NCBI GenBank assembly: GCA_038121585.1
Contig: JAYONY010000001.1
Coordinates: 201,903-265,902 of the forward strand
Source: an archaeon
Lineage (GTDB): Archaea > Nanobdellota > Nanobdellia > Pacearchaeales > GW2011-AR1
Length of the DNA: 64,000 nucleotides
Reading direction: 5' to 3'
In this document: positions 32,749 through 41,662 of the stretch, piece after piece
Layout: each line of letters begins with the position of its first letter
Numbering within the stretch: the first letter of the stretch is position 1
Position numbers and translations under genes: made by a program
The notes under the pieces: generated by a model
Told to the model about the DNA's origin: nothing
What the model saw: only the letters and a program-made list of their open reading frames with translations
Database searches by the model: none

Positions 32749-34107
32749 ATGCTAGATAAACTTTCAAGTGCTATTCGAAAAGCGACTGATAAAGTAGCGA
32801 ATGCTATCTTTCTTGACAAAAAAGTTGTTGATAGTATTGTTAAAGAATTGCAACGAGCGTTAATTGAAGCTGATGTTAATATTCAACTGGTGTTAGAACT
32901 ATCTCAAAAAATTAAGCGTGCTGCGTTAGACGAAAAAATTAAGGGTATTGAGAAAAAAGAGCACATTATCAAACTGCTCCATGATGAATTAATTACAATT
33001 TTAGGTGAGAGGCGTGAAATTGAACTTGGTAAACGCAATGCTATTATGATGCTTGGTCTCTATGGTGCCGGTAAAACAACAACGATTTCAAAACTTGCAT
33101 TATATTATGCTAAGCGAGGTAACAAAGTTTGTGCCGTTGGTCTTGACGTCCACCGACCGGCTGCTGCAACACAACTTAAACAACTCATGGATAAGCAAGG
33201 CCTTACTGCATTTATTGAACCTGAAGAAAAAGACCCAGTAAAAATTTGGAATACCCATAAGAAAGAAATTGAAAAACACAATGTTATCCTTGTTGACACT
33301 GCTGGTCGTGACGCATTAGATGATGAGCTCGTCAAAGAAATCGAGAATATTGCGAGTGCAGTGCAACCCACTGAGACATTCCTTGTTATTCCAGCCGATA
33401 TCGGACAGACAGCTAAAAAACAAGCACAGACATTTAAGGAAGCAGTTGATATCACCGGCGTTATCATTACTCGAATGGACTCTACCGCTAAAGCTGGCGG
33501 TGCCCTTACCGCATGCCATGAAGCACAAGTTCCAGTAGTCTTTATTGGTACTGGTGAAAAACCACATGACCTAGAACATTTCAATCCTGAACGGTTCTTA
33601 TCTCGTATGCTTGGCATGGGCGACCTTGAATCGCTCATGGAAAAAATCCAGGCAGTGACTGATGAGAAAAAACTCAAGAAAGCACAGAAAAATCTTGAAG
33701 AAGGAAAACTTACATTACGTGACGTACAACAACAACTTGAAGCCATGGAATCTGTTGGTTCAATGGATAAGATTATGGGCATGATCCCAGGTATGGGTAA
33801 AGCTAAGATTTCTGAAGAACAAATGGCACAACAACAAGAAAAAATGAAGCGATACAAAAATGCGATTAGTTCTATGACGCAAGAAGAGATTGAACATCCA
33901 GAAGTATTAGAAAAACAAACTGGTCGTTTACGTAGAATTGCTGATGGGTCAGGCACTTCAACAACAGATATTCGAACACTGCTAAAACAATACAAAATGC
34001 TCAAAGAATTAGCTAAGAGTCAATCAGCAATGGCAGAAGGGAAACTTGATCAACGAACACTCCAAAAGCTCGCCCGTAAAATGGGCAAACGAAGTATGAA
34101 ATTCTAA
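32749..34107 (+). CDS. srp54: Signal recognition particle protein SRP54
   Basis: 452 aa. GLYGAGKTT, DTAGR and TRMD motifs. Met-rich M domain (MGMIPGMGK). Confidence 0.95.
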   Translation: MLDKLSSAIRKATDKVANAIFLDKKVVDSIVKELQRALIEADVNIQLVLELSQKIKRAALDEKIKGIEKKEHIIKLLHDELITILGERREIELGKRNAIMMLGLYGAGKTTTISKLALYYAKRGNKVCAVGLDVHRPAAATQLKQLMDKQGLTAFIEPEEKDPVKIWNTHKKEIEKHNVILVDTAGRDALDDELVKEIENIASAVQPTETFLVIPADIGQTAKKQAQTFKEAVDITGVIITRMDSTAKAGGALTACHEAQVPVVFIGTGEKPHDLEHFNPERFLSRMLGMGDLESLMEKIQAVTDEKKLKKAQKNLEEGKLTLRDVQQQLEAMESVGSMDKIMGMIPGMGKAKISEEQMAQQQEKMKRYKNAISSMTQEEIEHPEVLEKQTGRLRRIADGSGTSTTDIRTLLKQYKMLKELAKSQSAMAEGKLDQRTLQKLARKMGKRSMKF

Positions 34108-34496
34108 CCAGGAAGATAATTGCCAATATCAAAATCCCAAATATTAAGCACTTCTCCAAAATACCCAAGTACAATATACAAAAAGAACCAATACGCAAAG
34201 GCAGCCACTATCAAAACGATAAGCGCGGTGTTAATAATACGTTTGCGCTGTCGCTTTGCTTCATCAAGTGTGCAAATACCTTTTTTTCTGAAGTAAATAA
34301 TAAGGCTTCCCGTAAGTAACAGCAGACCAAGTAATCGAAACGCCCAGGCATACCCATAATATAATGTATCTGCGAGTGATGCTGCAAATGCTACGCCTGA
34401 GAGCCCGAACAACACTAAGACGAGAGGTGTTAAACAACACAAGCTCGCAAACACGACAGGCAAGCCAGTGACTTTGAGAATATCTTTCCAATGCAT
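34104..34496 (-). CDS. Membrane protein with a CC motif in its first TM segment
   Basis: 130 aa. LPVVFASLCCLTPLVLVLFG is MerT-like. Function unknown. 4-nt convergent overlap with the srp54 stop. Confidence 0.5.
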   Translation of the reverse strand: MHWKDILKVTGLPVVFASLCCLTPLVLVLFGLSGVAFAASLADTLYYGYAWAFRLLGLLLLTGSLIIYFRKKGICTLDEAKRQRKRIINTALIVLIVAAFAYWFFLYIVLGYFGEVLNIWDFDIGNYLPG

Positions 34497-34510
34497 ACTA
34501 TGCTAACGAA

Positions 34511-34527
34511 GAAAACGTTTAAATTAC
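34511..34527 (+). promoter_or_regulatory. BRE/TATA-like promoter of bud32
   Basis: GAAAACGTTTAAATTAC lies about 25-30 nt upstream of ATG 34547. This supports that start over GTG 34532. Confidence 0.5.
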
Positions 34528-34546
34528 TGTCGTGTTCGGTGTTATC

Positions 34547-35155
34547 ATGCTAAGCAATATTATTGGGCAAGGTGCAGAGGCAGTTCTCACAAAAAATAAT
34601 TCGACCGTTGTGAAAGACCGTGTTGCAAAAGGGTATCGTCTCCCGCAGCTTGATGAATCAATTCGAAAATTACGAACACGACATGAAGGAAAAATTCTTG
34701 AGCGAGCAGCAAAACTAATTCCTGTTCCAAAACTAATTACGAGTGATGAACGAGAAAAAAAGATAACAATGGAATATATAGCAGGAAAAAAACTATCAGA
34801 GCATCTTGAAACATTAAAGAATTACAAAACAATTTGCAAACAAATAGGAAAATCAATTGCAAAACTCCATGATGCAGATATTATTCACGGTGACCTCACA
34901 ACCAGCAACATGATTCTCAAAGATAAAACAGTGTACTTCATTGATTTCGGCCTAGCTTTTCATTCCCCACGTGCAGAAGCAAAAGCGGTTGATTTGCACC
35001 TTATTAAGCAAGCACTTGAAGCAAAACATCCAACAATTTTCGAGCAAGCAGCGAAAGCTGTAATGCAAGGCTATGAAACATCTAAAAATTATAAATCAGT
35101 TATGACACGCCTCGCGAAAGTTGAGAAGCGCGGCAGATACAAAGCACAGTATTAA
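34547..35155 (+). CDS. bud32: Bud32/PRPK kinase (KEOPS complex subunit)
   Basis: IIGQGAEAVL, RHEGKILERA, IIHGDLTTSNMIL and FIDFGLA motifs. Confidence 0.8.
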   Translation: MLSNIIGQGAEAVLTKNNSTVVKDRVAKGYRLPQLDESIRKLRTRHEGKILERAAKLIPVPKLITSDEREKKITMEYIAGKKLSEHLETLKNYKTICKQIGKSIAKLHDADIIHGDLTTSNMILKDKTVYFIDFGLAFHSPRAEAKAVDLHLIKQALEAKHPTIFEQAAKAVMQGYETSKNYKSVMTRLAKVEKRGRYKAQY

Positions 35156-35769
35156 CCAAACAATCTCAGTAACCCTTCTGGCTTATCAACAAAATAATCT
35201 GGATGTGCGTTGCGCAAATGTGCGTGTGTGTGATAGCCCCACGTTACTGCGACCGTTTTTGTTCCAGCGGCTCGTCCATCAATAATATCATGATTGGTGT
35301 CTCCAATGTAATAATAGTGATTGTGACCGAACACTTTTTTCACATTATGTATTTTTTTCACTTTGCTCAAACTTGTTTCTGAACCAAGAACGCTTTTAAT
35401 GCCTCGTATTTTATGACGGGCTAACACGTCTTCAACTACATCCGCTACGTTTGAAGTTATAACGACCACATCATGTTCCTTAGTTAATTGTAGAAGCACG
35501 TGTTTCATGCCAGGAACAAGTTTTGCGTGTTTGTCTTGTAATTTCAAACCCTTATGATAATCATGATACATGAACGGTAATTTCCAAAATGAAACTCCTA
35601 AGTGTTTGAATACGTATTGTGCGGATTTATCAAATAAGTGCGTAAATTCATCTTTGTCTTTAAATGTCCGACACCCGTACTTTGTACATAATTGATTGTA
35701 AAGGTTGTGCGCGTCATTGAGCGAGTCAACAATCACCCCATCATAATCAAATAATAACACCTGCTTCAT
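35152..35769 (-). CDS. HAD-superfamily hydrolase
   Basis: Start moved to ATG 35769 (MKQVLLFDYDGVIVDS, motif I DxDG). This ATG overlaps the upstream stop (TAATG). VITSN and GDTNHD motifs. Confidence 0.7.
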   Translation of the reverse strand: MKQVLLFDYDGVIVDSLNDAHNLYNQLCTKYGCRTFKDKDEFTHLFDKSAQYVFKHLGVSFWKLPFMYHDYHKGLKLQDKHAKLVPGMKHVLLQLTKEHDVVVITSNVADVVEDVLARHKIRGIKSVLGSETSLSKVKKIHNVKKVFGHNHYYYIGDTNHDIIDGRAAGTKTVAVTWGYHTHAHLRNAHPDYFVDKPEGLLRLFG

Positions 35770-36524
35770 TACTTCTTTGTAGTGCGTGGTGCTTTTAGAG
35801 TTTTGCGCATGCGCAGGTGTAATGTTACGATTGGGACAATCATACATGCTATACCGACTAAGAAAATGCCCCACATGAAGTGTGTTGGGACGTACACATT
35901 TACAACATCAAGAAATGCTTGATCTTCTGCGAGTGCGAAATAATCTTTGAGATACCCGCCTTGAATGAGTATTTTACCATAATCGTAAATGAAGGTATAC
36001 AATACAATACAAGATGCTGCGAGGAACCACGTCCATTCTTTCCAGTTCATTTTTGGATCTTCACCTTTGTCAACCCAGTAGATAATAACCCCTGCTAGAC
36101 CAAGCATACCAAGTGCATAGATGACGGGGGCAATAACCGGTCCGACCCACGGCCATGGAATTAAAAATAAGATGTCCCATGTCAGAAGTGATGCTGGCCA
36201 ATCAAGCATATACTTGAGTGACAGATAATAGAAGATATCCCAGACTGCAAACCCTACGAGAAAGAACGCGAATCGTTCATAGTGCGTTCGTCCGGCAGCA
36301 ATGCCAACCCCGAGTAACATGACAATCGTCCAGAATTCTCGTATCCATTCAACACTTAAGAGCTCTGGGTCTACAAATCCTTGTAATGGAAATTCAAATC
36401 CTCCACCGTAGAAAATAACACGCAAATACTTGACTATCGCAGCTTCAACAAATCCAAACCCAATACCAAACAAAGTTACTCCAACAATTAGATACCACGT
36501 CTTTTTCTGCATGAAAGCACACAA
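35769..36524 (-). CDS. Multi-pass membrane protein, unknown family
   Basis: 251 aa with about 7 hydrophobic helices. Translationally coupled to the HAD gene. Confidence 0.55.
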   Translation of the reverse strand: MCAFMQKKTWYLIVGVTLFGIGFGFVEAAIVKYLRVIFYGGGFEFPLQGFVDPELLSVEWIREFWTIVMLLGVGIAAGRTHYERFAFFLVGFAVWDIFYYLSLKYMLDWPASLLTWDILFLIPWPWVGPVIAPVIYALGMLGLAGVIIYWVDKGEDPKMNWKEWTWFLAASCIVLYTFIYDYGKILIQGGYLKDYFALAEDQAFLDVVNVYVPTHFMWGIFLVGIACMIVPIVTLHLRMRKTLKAPRTTKK

Positions 36525-36542
36525 CTCCCGTAGTATAAAAAA

Positions 36543-36791
36543 CTAATCATACACGTTTTTTCTATGACCAATTCTTAATACAATGAGTTTGTTGTTTGAC
36601 ACTACAACATCGATTACTGCGCGGTAGTTGTGTATTCTGAGCCGCCACAATTTCTGTCCTGATAAGCGCTTCAAATAGCGATAGGGATTTTCTCGTATTG
36701 AATAGAGTTTCCTCAAAATCAGAGTTGCATCTTTTTTAGGTACTTTTTTCAAATACTTCTTTGCAATATCAGTTAATTCAATAGAGAACAT
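36543..36791 (-). CDS. relE: RelE/ParE-family toxin
   Basis: 82 aa. KRLSGQKLWRLRIHNYRAVIDVVVSNNKLIVLRIGHRKNVY is the classic RelE/ParE C-terminal pattern. Confidence 0.75.
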   Translation of the reverse strand: MFSIELTDIAKKYLKKVPKKDATLILRKLYSIRENPYRYLKRLSGQKLWRLRIHNYRAVIDVVVSNNKLIVLRIGHRKNVYD

Positions 36792-36792
36792 C

Positions 36793-37029
36793 TTACATGA
36801 GAGAGATGCCGAGCTCCTCCGCTACCGATTCGATAGAGTGAACTTTTCCTTTTCGAACATTATCGAGCCCTTCCTGTATTTCTTTAATTTCTGCATCACT
36901 CAAGACTTCTTCATCCACGTTATCAAGCAAGTTATTCAAAACATCATCGTACGATTGCCGAGAAAAAGCCCGTAGCGCTTTAAGCCGTGCTAACGTCTCA
37001 ACATTAATTTGTATCGTTGTTTTCTGCAT
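36793..37029 (-). CDS. RHH-type antitoxin
   Basis: 78 aa. N-terminal beta-alpha-alpha TTIQINVETLARLKALRAFSRQSYDDVLNNLLD. Its stop lies 1 nt before the toxin start. Confidence 0.6.
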   Translation of the reverse strand: MQKTTIQINVETLARLKALRAFSRQSYDDVLNNLLDNVDEEVLSDAEIKEIQEGLDNVRKGKVHSIESVAEELGISLM

Positions 37030-37225
37030 ATTATATAGTCCCTATAACAGCTATATAAGCATTACGATAGTAAAAAAAATGCAAGAAAATCGGAGTACAT
37101 AATCTACCCCCTCCTTAAGCAGTTAGACTTCTGAGGAGAATTTAGAAATAAACTATCAGGTGATTATTTACTCAAATAGCCCTGACAATCGGAGATTGCT
37201 GCACTATCAGTGCACCTCTAATAGT

Positions 37226-37330
37226 GCCCTGCCAGGATTGGTCGAACTTCGAAGAAGTTTGAGCCCCAGAGAATCATAGATTCTCTGAGCGTTCGAATCC
37301 TGCATTAGCAGGGCTGTGAACGAAAGTGAG
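37226..37330 (-). repeat. Trailer module downstream of tRNA-Gln, ending in a copy of its 3' end
   Basis: The minus strand starts AGCCCTG (same as the tRNA 5' end). It carries hairpins CCTGC-TAAT-GCAGG, CAGAGAAT/ATTCTCTG and AACTTC/GAAGTT. It ends AATCCTGGCAGGGC (14-mer 37226-37239 is identical to 37333-37346). Confidence 0.65.
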
Positions 37331-37403
37331 TAGCCCTGCCAGGATTCGAACCTGGGTCTGCGGGCCCAAAACCCGCCATACTTGACCACTATACTACAGG
37401 GCT
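37331..37403 (-). tRNA. tRNA-Gln (anticodon TTG)
   Basis: Hand-folded on the minus strand. Acceptor AGCCCTG/CAGGGCT. Anticodon arm GCGGG-TTTTGGG-CCCGC. T arm CCAGG-TTCGAAT-CCTGG. Confidence 0.85.
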
Positions 37404-37551
37404 GTATTGTTTCTATGCGAGAGAACACATTTTAAATGTTTTCCTCGACATAATATCAAAGAATGTTTCGTCCCGTGAAAAAGACTAAAGAAAGTTAATA
37501 AACTAAAATGCATTATGTAGAATTCCATAGTAAAGGAGGTGCTTATACCTC

Positions 37552-37650
37552 ATGGAAAAAACAAAAAAGACTTCCGCATCTAGTAAGAAGAAAGCTCCTG
37601 CAACTAGAAAGAAGGAAGCAATGAAATCACCCTCTAAAAAGAAGAGATAG
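37552..37650 (+). CDS. Lys-rich micro-protein (32 aa)
   Basis: Not in the track. MEKTKKTSASSKKKAPATRKKEAMKSPSKKKR. Strong SD-like AAAGGAGGTG sits 8-17 nt upstream of the ATG. Confidence 0.3.
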   Translation: MEKTKKTSASSKKKAPATRKKEAMKSPSKKKR

Positions 37651-37700
37651 CTTGACTGCATAAAGCAGCATATTTTTGTATTTATTATGTTACTATTTTT

Positions 37701-37717
37701 CTACCGCAACCTTTAAA
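37701..37717 (+). promoter_or_regulatory. Promoter with the exact motif CTACCGCAACCTTTAAA
   Basis: The same 17-mer occurs at 49853-49869. The 14-mer CCGCAACCTTTAAA also occurs at 38161. It lies about 28 nt upstream of ATG 37745. Confidence 0.55.
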
Positions 37718-37744
37718 TCATGCTAATAATGCGTGTTACTCCCG

Positions 37745-38155
37745 ATGATTACGAAACTACGACAATCAGTCCTGCTCCGCAGAGAACTTTCTGAGGAAGA
37801 ATTAGCGAAGGCTAAAGAGGGCGCTACGATAGAATCAGGGGATGCGAGTTACAAAATTATTCGTGAATACGGTATGCAGGGTGACAATCCAACATATACC
37901 CGTAGAGAATTAGCTCGTAGTACAACGCAAGGCCTCTCAAACCCTGATGATCTCTACACAGGCCTTCGTAACAGGGTGACTGATATGTTCACATTCACCC
38001 CTGATGGCAAGCTTGAGGAACGAGTGACGTTGTGCGGGAATAGTTGTGAGAGCCACACGCATAGGATGAGCATTACACATTTTAATCCTCCCGGCGCACT
38101 TGTAGGCAAGAGTGCTAAAACAACAAAATACAGGCACTATCCAATGTATGACTAG
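37745..38155 (+). CDS. Hypothetical protein
   Basis: The track starts at GTG 37733. ATG 37745 fits the promoter spacing. 136 aa, no family recognised. Confidence 0.45.
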   Translation: MITKLRQSVLLRRELSEEELAKAKEGATIESGDASYKIIREYGMQGDNPTYTRRELARSTTQGLSNPDDLYTGLRNRVTDMFTFTPDGKLEERVTLCGNSCESHTHRMSITHFNPPGALVGKSAKTTKYRHYPMYD

Positions 38156-38160
38156 GGTAA

Positions 38161-38174
38161 CCGCAACCTTTAAA
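38161..38174 (+). promoter_or_regulatory. Promoter CCGCAACCTTTAAA of rps15
   Basis: Exact 14-mer about 30 nt upstream of ATG 38204. Confidence 0.55.
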
Positions 38175-38203
38175 ACAGTCTATTTCGAGGAACAAACGTA
38201 AAA

Positions 38204-38545
38204 ATGGCAGACAAACCAGAAGAAAAAAAAGCACAAAAACTCAAACCGACAGAGGTTGAAGCTAAAGTAGTGGAACTTGCGAAAAGCGGCACCCCTCCTG
38301 AAAAGATAGGCCTTATTCTACGAGACCAATTTGGAGTGGCAAAGGTTCGAGCGTTCGGTAAAAAAATAAGTCAGATTCTCAAGGAAAACGACTTGTATGT
38401 TGATAGCGAACACGCTAACATTGCTAAAAAAGTTGATACGCTCAAAGGACACTTTGAAAATAACAAGCATGATTACTCTGCTAAACGCTCTCTTATGACA
38501 TATACTGCTCAGCTACACAAACTGAATCGTAAAGTAGCTGCTTAA
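38204..38545 (+). CDS. rps15: 30S ribosomal protein S15 (S13e)
   Basis: 113 aa. IGLILRDQFGVAKVRAFGKKISQIL ... HDYSAKRSLMTYTAQLHKLNR matches archaeal S15. Confidence 0.85.
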   Translation: MADKPEEKKAQKLKPTEVEAKVVELAKSGTPPEKIGLILRDQFGVAKVRAFGKKISQILKENDLYVDSEHANIAKKVDTLKGHFENNKHDYSAKRSLMTYTAQLHKLNRKVAA

Positions 38546-38568
38546 AAATTTCCTTTTGAGGTGACCTG

Positions 38569-39897
38569 GTGATTGATACAAGTATTAACGCGTGCGTTTC
38601 ATATGTGCAACAACTTCCCAGTTCGACCCCCATTACGGTAACAAGTCATAACGACACTGATGGCATTACTGCCGCCGCCATTATGACGCGTGCCTTATCG
38701 CGTGAAAATAAAAGTTTCTCACTCAATATTGTAAAATCATTAACCAAGGAATATGTTGAGTCATTACCTGAAAACCATGTTTTGATATTTACCGATCTTG
38801 CTTCTAACTCGCTAGCATACCTAGCTCAAAAAAAGAATGAAGTCGTTATCATTGATCATCACGAAATAACACAAGACATTCCAGAAAATGTACGAATGAT
38901 AAATCCAGTGCAGTTTAATGAAGAAAACATGTGTAGTGCAGGATTGTGTTATCGAGTAGCTAAAAAACTCAGTGAACAAAACACTGATCTTGCAACACTA
39001 GCAGTTATTGGCATGGTTGGCGATATGCATGAGACGCATGCCCATAAAGAATATCAAAAAATTCTTAGTGATGCAGAGGTCCATATTAAAAAAGGACTAT
39101 TACTCTATCCTGCTACGCGACCGTTAGATAGGGTTCTTGAAAGCTCACATAGTTTATTCATTCCAGGTGTGACAGGCTCCATTAAAGGAACGCTTGAATT
39201 ACTAAGAGAAACGGGTATTGAAAAGACTCCGCGAGGATACAAATCACTTGCTGAATTAACCCCTGAGGAGATGGAGCGATTAACTACTTCGATTATGCTT
39301 AAACAAATCGGTAATGAAGTTGATCCGAATAGAATGGTTGGTAACATGTACTTAATCAAATTCTTTAATCATATGGAAGACGCGCGTGAAATGTCTGCGT
39401 TAATTAATGCGTGTTCAAGAATGGACCAACCAGAAATTTCACTAGGTTTTTGTTTAGGTAATAAAACACTGCGCAAAGAAGCTACGCGTGTCTACACAAA
39501 GTACCGTAAAACGATTTCTTCAGCGCTAGGCGATATTGAATCTATGGAGAAAATTGCGGGGAACAAATACACAATTATTAATGCGAAAGATACAATTAAA
39601 GACACGATTGTTGGGACAGTGACTTCTATCATGTCTTTTTCACCAGTATATGAAGAAGGGACAATTTTAGTTACAATGGCATATACACCTGAGGATACTA
39701 TCAAAGTTTCAGCTAGAATTGCCGGCCGTAATGGCCGTAATGTCCGCGAAATCCTTGAAAAAGCAGTGTCTGATTTAGACAATGTGCAAATTGGCGGCCA
39801 CCCGCAAGCGGCAGGATGCCTACTTGAGAAACCCCATGAAGAGGCATTCATCACGAGTCTGAAAAGGGCGTTAGATATTGAATTAATCAAGGTATAA
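38569..39897 (+). CDS. DHH-family phosphoesterase, RecJ/Cdc45-like (GAN-like)
   Basis: 442 aa, GTG start. HNDTDGITAAA, FTDLAS and IIDHH motifs. C-terminal GGHPQAAG (DHHA1). Confidence 0.7.
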   Translation: MIDTSINACVSYVQQLPSSTPITVTSHNDTDGITAAAIMTRALSRENKSFSLNIVKSLTKEYVESLPENHVLIFTDLASNSLAYLAQKKNEVVIIDHHEITQDIPENVRMINPVQFNEENMCSAGLCYRVAKKLSEQNTDLATLAVIGMVGDMHETHAHKEYQKILSDAEVHIKKGLLLYPATRPLDRVLESSHSLFIPGVTGSIKGTLELLRETGIEKTPRGYKSLAELTPEEMERLTTSIMLKQIGNEVDPNRMVGNMYLIKFFNHMEDAREMSALINACSRMDQPEISLGFCLGNKTLRKEATRVYTKYRKTISSALGDIESMEKIAGNKYTIINAKDTIKDTIVGTVTSIMSFSPVYEEGTILVTMAYTPEDTIKVSARIAGRNGRNVREILEKAVSDLDNVQIGGHPQAAGCLLEKPHEEAFITSLKRALDIELIKV

Positions 39898-39952
39898 ATC
39901 CTAAAATTCCACTATAGGTAACCTTAAATGCCCTGTTTTCAATGGTTTTTTC

Positions 39953-40144
39953 ATGCCTAAGACCAATTTTATCAAGATTACGTGTCCGCGGTGTAGTAAA
40001 GATCAGATTACGTTTAGCAAGGCTTCTAGCTGGGTTAAGTGTGCTGAGTGTAATAAGTTACTCATAAAACCTAAAGGCGGAAAAGCTAAGGTTAACGCCC
40101 CTATTCGAGAAGTTATCAGAAAACCACTTGATGAAAACCCTTAA
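39953..40144 (+). CDS. rps27e: 30S ribosomal protein S27e
   Basis: 63 aa. Zinc ribbon CPRCSKDQ..CAECNKLL. Confidence 0.9.
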   Translation: MPKTNFIKITCPRCSKDQITFSKASSWVKCAECNKLLIKPKGGKAKVNAPIREVIRKPLDENP

Positions 40145-40170
40145 ATAACGTATTCTCGCGTTTTACTACA

Positions 40171-40890
40171 ATGGCAGAAGATACCACATTACACGAAGAT
40201 GATATTGTATTATGTACTGTTAAGCGTATTGAGGGAGCAACAGTATTTCTAGATATTGAAGGTCATGGTGAGGGAAGCATGATGCTCTCAGAAGTTGCTG
40301 CTGGTCGAATTCGTAATTTACGTGAATATGTTGTTCCTAACAAAGTAATTGTCTGTAAAGTATTACGCATTCAAGGTAACAATGTACAATTAAGTTTGCG
40401 ACGAGTTACGGGCGGTGAACGTGATGAAGTTATGGAACGCTATAAAAAAGCGCGTGTTCTTTCAAATATGTTAAAACCTGTTCTTAAGGATAAAACGAAA
40501 GCTACTCTTGCAAAAATTAAAGAAAAATATGAATTAGCTGATTTTCTTGATGATGCTCGTGAAAATCCTGAACTACTCAAGCCATTTGTAAGCAGTCCTG
40601 AATTTGAAAAATTAGAACCTTTTTTTGCTGATAAAAAAGAGCGAGATAAAACAGTACATGAGACAATTACGGTTACGTGTGATGAGCCAAACGGGGTTAT
40701 TGCAATGCAAGAAACGTTGCGTGTTGCAGGTGATGAAGCTGAAATTCACTATAAAGGATCATCAAAGTTTTCTATTGCTACGAAAGCTAAAGATTTCAGA
40801 GCAGCTAACGCAATAATGCACGCAGTAATTGAGAAAATTAAGGATGCTGCTAAAAAGCATAAAGTGCACGTTGAGCATAAGAGTAAATAA
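40171..40890 (+). CDS. eif2a: Translation initiation factor aIF2 alpha subunit
   Basis: 239 aa. N-terminal S1 domain DDIVLCTVKRIEGATVFLDIEGHGEGSMMLSEVAAGRIRNLREYV. Conserved S27e-aIF2a-Nop10 gene order. Confidence 0.85.
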   Translation: MAEDTTLHEDDIVLCTVKRIEGATVFLDIEGHGEGSMMLSEVAAGRIRNLREYVVPNKVIVCKVLRIQGNNVQLSLRRVTGGERDEVMERYKKARVLSNMLKPVLKDKTKATLAKIKEKYELADFLDDARENPELLKPFVSSPEFEKLEPFFADKKERDKTVHETITVTCDEPNGVIAMQETLRVAGDEAEIHYKGSSKFSIATKAKDFRAANAIMHAVIEKIKDAAKKHKVHVEHKSK

Positions 40891-40899
40891 TAATAATAA

Positions 40900-41040
40900 A
40901 TGAAACTCAAATTTTATCTTAATGAAAAAGGCGAAAAAGTCTACACCCTGAAAAATTCTAAACAAACCAAGGACGCACATTACAAGTTCAAATCAGCTCC
41001 AGTATTTACACGAAAGAAGACGCCTACAAAATCAAAATAG
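40900..41040 (+). CDS. nop10: H/ACA RNP protein Nop10 (Cys-less form)
   Basis: Not in the track (46 aa). MKLKFYLNEKGEKVYTLKNSKQTKDAHYKFKSAPVFTRKKTPTKSK. Sits in the expected position after aIF2-alpha. Has the YTL core but lacks the Zn-ribbon cysteines. Confidence 0.6.
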   Translation: MKLKFYLNEKGEKVYTLKNSKQTKDAHYKFKSAPVFTRKKTPTKSK

Positions 41041-41619
41041 CGTCTTCTGCGTTATTTCTTTCTTGACTATTTCCATATCTGCTTCCCACTGAGGTAATAA
41101 CCCGCGATTGTAAATGATTGCTGCTGGATGAAAGAGCGGTATGAGTTTGAATGTTTGTCCGTGCATGGTTATCATGCGCGGTTTGCCGTGCACTGCTGTA
41201 ATGCCTGGTTGTGATTTCATTGCGTCAACCTCTCCGTTAGCTAAGAAGAATTTTGTTGCATAATTTCCGAGTGAACATACAACTTTTGGTTTGATATCTT
41301 TGATTTGTTTCAACAACCAGGGCGTGTGCGCTCGTATCTCTTCTGGCAAGGGATCACGATTTTCTGGCGGTCGACATTTCAATATATTAGCGATATACAC
41401 ATCATCTAAACTCAATCCTACGTTAGCAAGCATTTTGTCTAGATTCTTTCCAGCCGCTCCAACAAAAGGAAGCCCTTCAATATCCTCCCGTGCTCCCGGC
41501 GCCTCGCCCACGAATAAGATATTTGCATGTTCATTACCTTTCCCAACAACAATATTTGTGCACTGCTTGAAAATCTCGGTTTGTTTTACGAGTTCTACGA
41601 CATCTTCCATTATTCTCAA
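41032..41619 (-). CDS. udg: Uracil-DNA glycosylase, family 4
   Basis: 195 aa. GEAPGAREDIEGLPFVGAAGKNLDKML and HPAA motifs. Confidence 0.85.
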   Translation of the reverse strand: MRIMEDVVELVKQTEIFKQCTNIVVGKGNEHANILFVGEAPGAREDIEGLPFVGAAGKNLDKMLANVGLSLDDVYIANILKCRPPENRDPLPEEIRAHTPWLLKQIKDIKPKVVCSLGNYATKFFLANGEVDAMKSQPGITAVHGKPRMITMHGQTFKLIPLFHPAAIIYNRGLLPQWEADMEIVKKEITQKTLF

Positions 41620-41662
41620 ACGTGTGAAGATTTTTTAAAGATACAGATAGTCACGTAAGTAG

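Noticed and set aside
33105-34004. 299 aa minus-strand ORF
   Set aside because: It lies entirely inside SRP54, a clear conserved gene on the plus strand. Its Cys/Ser-rich composition shows no motif.
37207-37428. 73 aa minus-strand ORF
   Set aside because: It overlaps tRNA-Gln and its structured trailer, so it is translation of RNA-gene sequence.
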